Shown: one piece after another, positions 8,601 through 15,908 of the stretch
Numbering within the stretch: the stretch's first letter is position 1
Layout: each line of letters starts with the position of its first letter
Assembly (NCBI GenBank): GCA_031409655.1
Contig: JANNXQ010000256.1
Location: 1-39,327 of the forward strand
Reading direction: 5' to 3'
DNA length: 39,327 bases
Origin: Chthoniobacteraceae bacterium
Lineage (GTDB): Bacteria > Verrucomicrobiota > Verrucomicrobiia > Chthoniobacterales > Chthoniobacteraceae
Made by a program: the position numbers and the translations under genes
Notes under the pieces: generated by a model
Told to the model about the DNA's origin: nothing
Databases searched by the model: none
What the model saw: the letters and a program-made list of their open reading frames with translations, nothing else

Positions 8601-10302
8601 ATTTCGCAGCGATTGTTTTTCTCGCAACCTTGTTTACGGGCGTCTCCACAGTGTAATCATGTCCGCCGAGCTCGCCCTGCTTTTTGGCGAGAGTCCTGAA
8701 TGCCAGAAGCTCGTTGATGATACTTTAAGCGACGTGGAGATGACGCGGTTTACCGCCTCCCGGCTCGAATTGACCGGCAAACGGGCTCGGCTCGCGACCA
8801 GGCGAGGGCGGCCGCAGTCAGCGTTGGAGGAAGGCCGGCGGGTTCGCAACGAGGCGCAACAGCGTGGACTATCTTGCATCGAAGCGGAGGCCTGTCTGGC
8901 AATTGCGGAGGCACACTTTGCCGTTAATGAACGAGAACCGGCTACTCACTTCGCAAAGGAGGCGGCCAGCCTAGCCAATGCAGACGGTGAGCCTTATTGT
9001 CTGCGCTTGCTGAAGAACCAAATTCACCAGTTCTTCACCGAGCATCTTCAAGAGCCCGTGCCCGAGTTCCCGCCGTGCCCAGCTCAGCGGCTCTCGGAAC
9101 TTCCCCCGATGCCCCCAATTCCAGCTCCGACTCCGACAATTACAGACGTTTCCGACACGAGTGGCTGGTCCGACGAACAGATCGATCGCCACTATTGCGA
9201 GGTTCTCGTCAGGGTCGAATGGGCCAACACGACCGGTTCGGCTCGAAAGTGGTGGGAAGCCTTTGAAAGCGAGAACGCACATCGCAAGGCACTCGTTCTC
9301 AGGTTGGCTGAGTCGCTCGCGATCTCCAAAGCGACAATTACCGAATTCTTCCTAGCCTATGTCTATTCAAACACCGACAACATTCAGGCGAACCTTGACT
9401 ACATGCACTATTCGAGGTTGAAGAAACACGAGGAGGCTACAAAGAAAGCAAAGGAGAAGGGGGAACCCGTGCCACCGCTTCCCTTTACCCCAGCGGACGC
9501 ACAAGCGCTCCCGGCGGGAGTTTCGGATTCTCGCGGGTGGACGGACGAAGCGGTCAGACATCGGCTCGACGAGGTGAAGAATTTCTTGGATTGGCCGGCG
9601 ACCACCGGTTCGGCACGCAAATGGTGGGAAGCGTTTGAGCAGGAGAACGGCCATCGGATGGTGCTGGTGCTCCGGCTGGCGGAGGAACTCCATATTCGCA
9701 AAGCGACAATCACAGAGTTCTTCCTCGCTTATGTCTATTCAAACACGGACAATATCCAAGCGAACCTTTACTATCTCGAATATTCCCGGCTGAAGAAGTG
9801 GGAAGAACAAACGAAGCGGCAGAAGGAGGCCGCAGATCGTTTTCAAGCGTTGCTACCGGAACTGGCACCCGACCACAAGCTGCCAGAGCTAACGGAGAAG
9901 GATCTCGAAATTCTCGATGCACTCTCTGAGGAGGACATTCCAACAGACGTTCGCGAGCGGTTCGATGAATCACTGAGAACCGCGAGACAGCGAATCGCGG
10001 CTCACAAGGAGCGGGAAGTGGCCGCAGCGAACCGCCGATTGGCGGAACTGGTCCCGCAACTGGATTCCAGCGGTCCAGTCCCGGTCTTGACGGCCGAGGA
10101 TGCGAAAATTCTGCGGCTTGCAACAACCGACCACCTCCAAGCGCCAGTGCTTGCCAAGTTGCACGAGGCAATCGGTAGTGCTCTCGACGCTAAGGGGGAA
10201 GCTAGTGATGATCTCGTTGAACTATTCGGCGAGACAAATTCTCCCGAACATGATGGCGGAACGAATTCCGCTCCAGAGGATCCCCTCGGGGACAAGCCGT
10301 GA
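5674..10302 (+). CDS. NLR/STAND-like protein: tandem DUF4062 domains, P-loop NTPase, helical/TPR-like region, duplicated C-terminal domain (~1542 aa)
   Basis: DUF4062-like 'ILVSSTFADLKEARGEL...YFGLLSDYRGS...SYTEIEY' preceded by a degenerate copy. 'LVGRDDEL', Walker A AAGGMGKS (6808-6831), Walker B ILLVLDGLE, 'RVLITSR', 'GGYPLYL', 'DMHPVVR'. Visibly less GC-rich than flanks. Start at ATG 5674. Confidence 0.85.
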   Translation: MNPFTIVVTSSIDGLIEAQEIVKEVTAKRDVQLIWHPDSDRLQTEILSQCEREISDCDCVLTVVGHRYGEFLPGKRISLGHAQVDFALARSFRPLLAFKLPGTQADFLPRESHDARMRMVKDLHDSRVLNEVSDLDQFQKSLVRALWWLLIESRQTRKIILVSSTFADLKEARGELQEAVGTYSTGMPCVMFEELPKGLSAEDTSRRLAEQTGLYFGLLSDYRGSVIPGKKLSYTEIEYEATYSLQRSPIVVFEADDPSLLKSHEQSADDFERVREFNALLRERHKPVRRFRRLGHLYSLAIDALGELERAGKLNRDVNTSASDSTLGPQPPQPFFVQEYSLAVETNLVGRDDELRALDGWLTDSRAPHFGARIYCIDAAGGMGKSALAWNWLQRLLSKSTPHFEAVAWFSFYAVETGFDVMAETVLPYLLRLPGLEQIRDADVSSLEKLLRIVEERRILLVLDGLERRMKLYTKFRARGYEGRDLMELVEERVEFHRHLFGEWPDEIARQLAREDCYRMTDEEAEVLRRLARPGRSRVLITSRFFPSDLQDRSTPITGATTLPDPKNLAGVARLPLEPFDLPTARELAVALDLPWQQEFSGLHSKVGGYPLYLALAFAFAARGKDSPEEFPRRIAKIASALRGDAEEARIAVVTLGIDDLSDEHREVLYEVEFCPIATSFVDLQRVLCGPQALFERPSELEADLRLLHSRKLVGWDRQTGSCDMHPVVRHAVRHFGDQGAINQRIIDRHGGDSQEALAASGASAVNESFGELLLRLNAFSRKESHSEKAFVAYLVFVDDWFRYNSSQIDKRLEYLEEFYQHEFKYSVPARIGLLTRLADTFLLKAQLDRAQRHATRAFELATQSADGSLIRMACNVCADIASSQARRFEEDRFLRTAAQHEIFSLSDRSCVWLLCSQIAVNAATSRIDEAVHVLSYLQSHYPSDADVIKGEFNLAAAQWLKGERQRSVLEEILARFRSDCFSRNLVYGRLHSVIMSAELALLFGESPECQKLVDDTLSDVEMTRFTASRLELTGKRARLATRRGRPQSALEEGRRVRNEAQQRGLSCIEAEACLAIAEAHFAVNEREPATHFAKEAASLANADGEPYCLRLLKNQIHQFFTEHLQEPVPEFPPCPAQRLSELPPMPPIPAPTPTITDVSDTSGWSDEQIDRHYCEVLVRVEWANTTGSARKWWEAFESENAHRKALVLRLAESLAISKATITEFFLAYVYSNTDNIQANLDYMHYSRLKKHEEATKKAKEKGEPVPPLPFTPADAQALPAGVSDSRGWTDEAVRHRLDEVKNFLDWPATTGSARKWWEAFEQENGHRMVLVLRLAEELHIRKATITEFFLAYVYSNTDNIQANLYYLEYSRLKKWEEQTKRQKEAADRFQALLPELAPDHKLPELTEKDLEILDALSEEDIPTDVRERFDESLRTARQRIAAHKEREVAAANRRLAELVPQLDSSGPVPVLTAEDAKILRLATTDHLQAPVLAKLHEAIGSALDAKGEASDDLVELFGETNSPEHDGGTNSAPEDPLGDKP
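9148..9804 (+). repeat. Internal duplication (period 372 nt / 124 aa) of a ~95-aa domain in the STAND gene
   Basis: Two copies of SD..GW.DE...V....W..TTGSARKWWEAFE.EN.HR..LVLRLAE.L...KATITEFFLAYVYSNTDNIQANL.Y..YSRLKK.EE, with SD starting at 9151 and 9523. Confidence 0.95.
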
Positions 10303-10693
10303 GTTTCGTTTGATCGGCGAGAGACGATCGCTGGTCCATCCTATACATGCGTAATCTCGGCCGCTTCATCGTGGAAGAGGGTCGTCAACACGAAACGGCC
10401 AATCTCCGTCGAGGACTCACTAGCTGACTGGAGAGCCGGATGGGGAAAAACCGTCCGTCTGGGTCAGAGGAAGGCGCGGCGTAACCCAAGGCGCCATCCC
10501 ATCCTGTATTTGGTTGCCACGCATGGCACCTTCGGTTGCAGCAAAGACAAGCGCCGCAAGCCGGCGAACCGCTTCAGGGACGCCAAAGACCCGTTCCGCA
10601 TCGTGATCGTGCGCGACATGTGGCTGACCAGTTTCGACGCGCCCTGCCTGCACACCATGTATGCCGACAAGCCGATGCAAGGCCACGGCCAGG

Positions 10694-10772
10694 GGAAGGA
10701 CGAAGGATGAATGCAGAAGGAAGAAGTTCAGGCGGCTCCGGTTCATCCTTCATAATTTTGCCTTCATACTTT
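10694..10772. repeat. Heptamer inverted-repeat element (GAAGGAT-type) at an hsdR deletion junction
   Basis: gaaggacgaaggatgaatgcagaaggaagaa ... ttcatccttcataattttgccttcatacttt. Confidence 0.75.
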
Positions 10773-10895
10773 GCGCCGCGGCGGCCAGGGCAATCCGACC
10801 TTCGACACCGCGCAAGCCATCGCCGTGATGCTGGAGAAACACGGCGTCGCCTGCGACCTGATGCACGGTTTCAACTGGGACAAGTGGACCGGGGC

Positions 10896-10967
10896 AAATG
10901 TCGAATGACGAATTCGGAATGACGAATGGTCGGGACTTCGAACTTCGCACTTCTGCATTCGAACTTT
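10896..10967. repeat. Heptamer inverted-repeat element (GAATGAC / TTCGAAC-type) at an hsdR deletion junction
   Basis: aaatgtcgaatgacgaattcggaatgacgaat ... acttcgaacttcgcacttctgcattcgaacttt. Confidence 0.75.
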
Positions 10968-11059
10968 CCCAGAGCGTGACCATCGACTGGACCCTCCACG
11001 AAAGCGCGCGTGCCAAGATCAAGGTGATGGTGAAACGCATCCTGAACAAACACGGCTAT

Positions 11060-11139
11060 TGGCTTCCTCGCTGCCGCCGCTCGGTCGGGCTGCGCCCAAT
11101 GCTGCGCATTGCCTGTCTCAGTCGCCCTGCTCCTTCGGC
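11060..11139 (-). mobile_element. ~80-bp mini-hairpin insertion 4 in hsdR (reverse orientation)
   Basis: Splits the GY|xPDLQ motif. The reverse complement GCCGAAGG...GCAATGCGCAGCATTG GGCGCAGCCC...GGAAGCCA is followed by target A. Confidence 0.75.
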
Positions 11140-11374
11140 TCGCCCGACTTGCAGGACGAGGCAGTGAAGACCGTGCTGGCACAGGCGGAGCTGCTGTGCG
11201 CGGAGTGGGTGTGAATCAAATCGCAGCCAGGCCCCAGCGTCGCGCAATCCTCACATCCCCCCTAGGATTGAAAAGGAACGGAAACCGGCGCGAACTTCGG
11301 TAGTCGGCCTGAGTAAAGTAAACTGAAGATTCATCGTCATCCGCTTTTCACCGTCGCACTGCATGAAATCCGAA

Positions 11375-11631
11375 GAACGCCAACGGCGTTTCATCCATCA
11401 GCCCGGCGAGGAGACGGAGGGGAATAGAGAAGATGGTGGGTGGGCGAGTAGGTTGCGAGGCACGAGCTACCCTGGGATTGAGCATCAAAATAGGCACAAC
11501 CCTGAAAGGGTTGAGTCAATCGTCGTGGAGGACGAAACCCCTTCCGGGTTTATCGCGCATTTGCCCTATGAAACCCAGGGTAGCTCGTGCCTCGCAACCC
11601 TGCGCTGGAAGATGGAACGCCGTTGGCGTTC
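11375..11631. repeat. Nested palindromic REP/REPIN-like element
   Basis: Terminal IR gaacgccaacggcgtt (11375-11390) / aacgccgttggcgttc (11616-11631). Perfect 26-bp inner IR 11451-11476 / 11574-11599. Internal hairpin aaccctgaaagggtt. Confidence 0.85.
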
Positions 11632-11962
11632 TCGCAACGGGACTGGACGCAGCGGATAACTGCTCGTCATCGGACAGGGTGAGAATGGGCGTCTCAGAAA
11701 TGAAATAACGGGCTGTCGCGCAGGAGCCTGAGGTTTGTCGGGCTTTGTCTGTATCTTTACTCTGGAAAGGCTGGCGGATGGCCTTGGTTGGCACGCGTAA
11801 AGCTAAGTCGTATTTCGGCTTCAGGAATAACTCTGAAGCTAACGTAAAGTGAAACCAAATAAAACCAAAGAGGTCAGCCAACCTCCGCCGATCTGGGGCC
11901 AGGATATCCACTGGGGCCAGCGGCACTGGGCGGCCATCCCTCCGAATAGAACTAATCAGTCC

Positions 11963-12586
11963 ATGTCAAACATAACCATCCTCGTCGCTGAACTGACGAA
12001 CTTACAAAAGCTCTTCCGTGGGGAAGATATTATCACGAAAGGAACGGGGAATTCCAACGTGCCTGGCAACGGTCCCGCGCTGACGGCCTTTAGCGCGGCG
12101 CAGGCAGCCTTCCAGGCGGCGGAAGCCGCCATGGAGGCGCATCGCACCGCGGGCGCCACGATCACGGCGACCCGGGACGCGGCGCTAACCGTCTGGATGC
12201 GGGATCTCACGAGTCTCGCCGCCTTCACGGAGAGCGCCACGGGTGGTGATCCGGAAAAGATCCTGAGCGCCGGCTTCGGCATCAAAGCCCCGCCCTCCCC
12301 GCCGCAACCCGTAGGCCAGGTGCAAAACGTGCGCGTGGCCTTCAATGGCGAGCCCGGCAAGTCCGTGGTGCGCTGGAAGCGCGATGCCAATGCCGATGCC
12401 TACGTGATCCAGTGCAGCCAGGATCCGAATGGCGAAGGCAACTGGGTCTATATGGCCACGACGCCGGAGCCGAAATTCACCGGCAATGGAGCCATCCCGG
12501 GCAAACCCTGCTGGTACCGCGTCGCCGCGGTGAACCGCCTCGGCCAGGGGCCGTGGAGCGAGCCGGCGCTGCGTCCGGTAATGTAA
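11963..12586 (+). CDS. Helical N-terminus + fibronectin type III domain protein
   Basis: C-terminal FN3 signature 'VRW......AYVIQ...W.......G...G..CWYRVAAVNRLGQGPWSEP'. ATG 11963 chosen; alternative GTG 11849. Confidence 0.8.
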   Translation: MSNITILVAELTNLQKLFRGEDIITKGTGNSNVPGNGPALTAFSAAQAAFQAAEAAMEAHRTAGATITATRDAALTVWMRDLTSLAAFTESATGGDPEKILSAGFGIKAPPSPPQPVGQVQNVRVAFNGEPGKSVVRWKRDANADAYVIQCSQDPNGEGNWVYMATTPEPKFTGNGAIPGKPCWYRVAAVNRLGQGPWSEPALRPVM

Positions 12587-12593
12587 CCGCCCA

Positions 12594-12731
12594 GAAGTTG
12601 AAGGTTGAGTGTTGAGTGTTGCGAGTCAGCCGCGCGACCGCAGCGATGCGGGCTCCGCGGGAATGGAAGGTGGATGGCCTTTGTGGTCGTCGCTCCTGGA
12701 GGGGCTCCAACACTCAACCTCAACCTCAACT
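12594..12731. repeat. Heptamer inverted-repeat element (GTTGAGT / ACTCAAC)
   Basis: gaagttgaaggttgagtgttgagtgttg ... caacactcaacctcaacctcaact. Confidence 0.8.
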
Positions 12732-12817
12732 CCGGCAGCCACGCCCCATCGCCACCCAGCAAGATAACTACCGCCACTCACTGACAGCCTGCCACCACTT
12801 TCTACTAACCCATTACC

Positions 12818-13234
12818 ATGCCTTTCAATCCTAACTTACCGCTCGATGGCTCCCTGATGGTCGCCGCCGAAATGCGGGACCAATTCAACGGACTCGATAC
12901 GAAGATCAATCACATCCCCGCCGGACCGCCGGGACCGCAGGGTCCACAGGGCGATCCCGGACCGGAAGGACCAACGGGTCCGGAAGGCGCGCAGGGACCG
13001 CAAGGCGAGCCAGGGCCCGCGGGAGGTCCGCCGGGACCACAGGGCGAACCGGGGCCGCAGGGACCGCCCGGCGAAGTGACCGAGGCCCAGCTCGAGTCGG
13101 CGATGGCTACAACGGCGCTGAACCCGAATGCCGTGGGCCCCTACACCGGCACCTTCAGCGACCCGCCGACGCAGGCCGAGATGCAGGACTTCGCCGGCTA
13201 TGTGGAAACGCTCCGCATCTCCCTGACGCGATGA
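12818..13234 (+). CDS. Small collagen-like protein (G-X-Y repeats)
   Basis: About 16 GXY triplets ([15 protein letters not shown]...) flanked by 'MPFNPNLP..G....[10 protein letters not shown]' and '[10 protein letters not shown]'. Confidence 0.85.
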   Translation: MPFNPNLPLDGSLMVAAEMRDQFNGLDTKINHIPAGPPGPQGPQGDPGPEGPTGPEGAQGPQGEPGPAGGPPGPQGEPGPQGPPGEVTEAQLESAMATTALNPNAVGPYTGTFSDPPTQAEMQDFAGYVETLRISLTR

Positions 13235-13265
13235 CGCGAAGGGCACCCACGGCAAATCCGACGCC

Positions 13266-14171
13266 CTACGGCGCCAGCGGCAGCTTGGCGCGGATGCGGT
13301 AGAACTTCTTCGACGCCGGCGTATCATTAAAACGCTCGAAGTTCGTCACGCCACCATCCGGAGGGATGTTCGTCAAGGCGGGTGCAAAGGCAGCGATGAG
13401 ATCGGGACTGATCTCGATGCTGTACTTCCGCGATTGTTTGCTCGTCCAAGTAAGGTCGCTGACCACTGGGCCGACTCCACCGATCTGCCGTGGTGCGATG
13501 AAGGCGGTGATGAGCAGGCGATCGGCGGGATTAAAGGGATCGGTGTCCGCCGCGTATTCCTCCACATCGAGTTCCCCATCGCTGTCGCGGTCGCCGGTCA
13601 GTGTTAGTTTCGTGAGATCATTGGCCCCGACGAAAAGGCGCTCCCAGTTATCCGGGATGGTATCCGCATCCGCATCAAGTCCTGGCGCGATCGAGGTCGT
13701 CCTGACCGTCACGCCCGTTTCGCTGAGCGCGATCCAGCCGACATTCGCGCCCCACGCATACCCGAGAAGACGGCCCGTCGCGAGATCCACCCGTGGGTTG
13801 CCGCCGTTCTCAAAGACGATCCAGCCGATATTCGCGCCATAGGCATTCCCACGCAGCTTCGCCTCGCAGATCGTGCCGTTGGCAAAGTATTGCTCGGTGT
13901 TCACGCCAAAGTCGGCGGCCGAGTTATTCAGGTAACGGATGCCATTGGTCGGCGTGCCGTCGCCGAGATGGATCCAGCCGCAGTTCGCGGAGTAGATGAA
14001 GCCAGAGCAGACGAATTCGCCGACGACGGCGCCGTTAGTCACATCGCCGCGGGCGGCGATCCAGCCGATGTTCGCGCCGTAGGCGTGGGAGTTTGCGACC
14101 GCGAGGTCGATGTTGGTGTCTGCTTGCGCGCCGAAAGACGCGAGGAGAAGCAGGGCGATGGAGGTTTTCAT
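13266..14171 (-). CDS. Secreted protein with four 'AYGANIGWI'-type repeats, Ca-binding DxDxD motifs and a C-terminal beta domain
   Basis: Signal peptide; AYGANIGWI / IYSANCGWI / AYGANIGWI / AWGANVGWI; DADADTIPDNWE, DRDSDG..D..EY.ADTDP; C-terminal 'FYRIRA'. Confidence 0.8.
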   Translation of the reverse strand: MKTSIALLLLASFGAQADTNIDLAVANSHAYGANIGWIAARGDVTNGAVVGEFVCSGFIYSANCGWIHLGDGTPTNGIRYLNNSAADFGVNTEQYFANGTICEAKLRGNAYGANIGWIVFENGGNPRVDLATGRLLGYAWGANVGWIALSETGVTVRTTSIAPGLDADADTIPDNWERLFVGANDLTKLTLTGDRDSDGELDVEEYAADTDPFNPADRLLITAFIAPRQIGGVGPVVSDLTWTSKQSRKYSIEISPDLIAAFAPALTNIPPDGGVTNFERFNDTPASKKFYRIRAKLPLAP

Positions 14172-14192
14172 GGTTAGTGATGGAGTAGGAGG

Positions 14193-15878
14193 TTAGTGAG
14201 CGAAATTGGCGTTGGGTTCGACATTCGTCAGGGTCGAGGCGGCGGCATTGCCGGCGGCGGCGGGCGCTCCGGCGGCGGTCATATCCACGATCGGGCCGTA
14301 GCGGTTACTCAGGGCGATGTCGTAGTTGTTGATCGCGTTGTTCGAGGCGGTGTTGCGGACGATGACGTTTGCGGCGCCGTCCACGTCGATGCCGCGATCG
14401 TTGCCGGTCACGCTGTTGCCTTCGATGCGGTTGCCGGTGGAGAGGGTGTGGATGCCGGCGCCGGCGCCCGCCAGGACGCCATTGCCGCTGGCGTTGCAAC
14501 CGGTGACGAGGGTGTTGAGTGCGATGCGGATGCCGTCGCCGGAGTTCGCGTTCGCGGTGCAGGTGCTGATCGTCGAGCCGTCACCGGCGAAGATGCCCGC
14601 GCCGGTGCCGCTGTTCACGATCGCGTTGCTGTTGCTATTGCCGGTGGCGTTGCAGCCGGTCATCGTCGTCTGGGAGAGTGCGAAGATGCCGGTCGAGACG
14701 GCCGCGGTGGAGGCATTATTGCGGGCCGTGCAATGGGTGAGCGTACTGCCCGCCCCGGCAAAGATCGCGCGGGCGGCCACGTTACCACTGGCTGTGCAGT
14801 TCGTGAGGGAACTGCCGTCGCCCGCCGAGATCGCGGTGCTGCCGACCGCGCCCGTGGTCCCGTTCGTGACCGCCGAGCAGCCCGCTAAGATGGCGCCTGC
14901 TGCCGCAAAGATCCCGAGGTTTGTGTTACTCAGCGCCGTGCAGTTTTGCACGCTCGCGTTGTCGGCAAGGTTGAATCCATCCTGATTGTTCGCTGCGGTG
15001 CAATTGATCAGTGAACAGCCGAAGCCTCCGACGAATCCGCCACCCGTGGTCTGTTTTGCGGCGGCACTGTTTTGGACGACGCAGTTTGCCGAGCACGAGA
15101 ATCCATCGAGGCCATTGCTCACCGCGCTGCACTCGCTCACGCTGCAGTAGTCCGAGAGGCTGAATCCACTCGAGGCATTCGCGGTGGCGCTGCAGCCTGC
15201 GATGGCCGAACTCCCGGCAATGCTGAAGCCAGTGAAGCCATTCCCGGAGGCCACACAATCGCGCACGGTCGCACTCGACCCGATATTGAAGCCGGCTCCC
15301 GTCGCGCCGGTCTGTCCGACCGCGGTGCATTCGATGACCTTGAACGAAGTGCCGGTGAAGATGCCCGTGCCGGCGATGGCCCGCACTTCGCAATTCCGCA
15401 CCGTGCCGTTGTTCCCGACCCGGATCCCCGTGCCGGTGCCGGTATGCACACGCAGATGCGAGACATTGGTTTCGGTCACGTTCCCAAAAACCCCATTGGT
15501 GCTCCAGCCACGCAGGGTGCCGTTGCGGATGGTGGCGTTCACGTTATTCACGCGGATGCCCGTGAGCCCGGTCCCGCCGCCCACCAGTTCGAAGCCGCCG
15601 AGATCGAGCGTCACATTATCCGCATTGATGGTGATGCCATTCTGCCCAGCCACGCCGGTGAGATTGCCAGTGACAAAGTAAGACCCCGCCGTGGCAATGA
15701 CAAACGGCAGCGTCGAGATCGGCGTGCGCGGCTCGATCTGATCGAGCGTCTTCATCGTCGGCGCGGGGGCACCCGGCGGCGTGAGCAGGCCTTGGGCGAG
15801 AATCAAGGATGAAGGGTGAAGGAGGAAGGCGGCGGCGAGGAGAGCACGCGGGAAGAATGTGGGTCGAATGGTGTTCAT
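14193..15878 (-). CDS. Secreted right-handed beta-helix repeat protein (paralog 1)
   Basis: Signal peptide + QGLLTPPGAPAPTMKTLDQIEPR, 'VTLDLGGF', and ~22-aa 'C.A..N...G' coils. Confidence 0.85.
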   Translation of the reverse strand: MNTIRPTFFPRALLAAAFLLHPSSLILAQGLLTPPGAPAPTMKTLDQIEPRTPISTLPFVIATAGSYFVTGNLTGVAGQNGITINADNVTLDLGGFELVGGGTGLTGIRVNNVNATIRNGTLRGWSTNGVFGNVTETNVSHLRVHTGTGTGIRVGNNGTVRNCEVRAIAGTGIFTGTSFKVIECTAVGQTGATGAGFNIGSSATVRDCVASGNGFTGFSIAGSSAIAGCSATANASSGFSLSDYCSVSECSAVSNGLDGFSCSANCVVQNSAAAKQTTGGGFVGGFGCSLINCTAANNQDGFNLADNASVQNCTALSNTNLGIFAAAGAILAGCSAVTNGTTGAVGSTAISAGDGSSLTNCTASGNVAARAIFAGAGSTLTHCTARNNASTAAVSTGIFALSQTTMTGCNATGNSNSNAIVNSGTGAGIFAGDGSTISTCTANANSGDGIRIALNTLVTGCNASGNGVLAGAGAGIHTLSTGNRIEGNSVTGNDRGIDVDGAANVIVRNTASNNAINNYDIALSNRYGPIVDMTAAGAPAAAGNAAASTLTNVEPNANFAH

Positions 15879-15908
15879 GGAGGTAGTGATGCGGATTGGC
15901 TGTCGGGA

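Larger units (their letters stand above)
10540..11214 (+). pseudogene. hsdR: Type I restriction endonuclease HsdR, three C-terminal fragments
   Basis: [35 protein letters not shown]; then GGQGNPTFDTAQAIAVMLEKHGVACDLMHGFNWDKW; then QSVTIDWTLHESARAKIKVMVKRILNKHGY[ins]SPDLQDEAVKTVLAQAELLCAEWV* (stop 11212-11214). Confidence 0.9.

Noticed and set aside
9148..9804. Duplication as a DGR template/variable repeat pair
   Set aside because: Both copies are in-frame coding, differences are not adenine-specific and many are synonymous, and there is no reverse transcriptase in the window.
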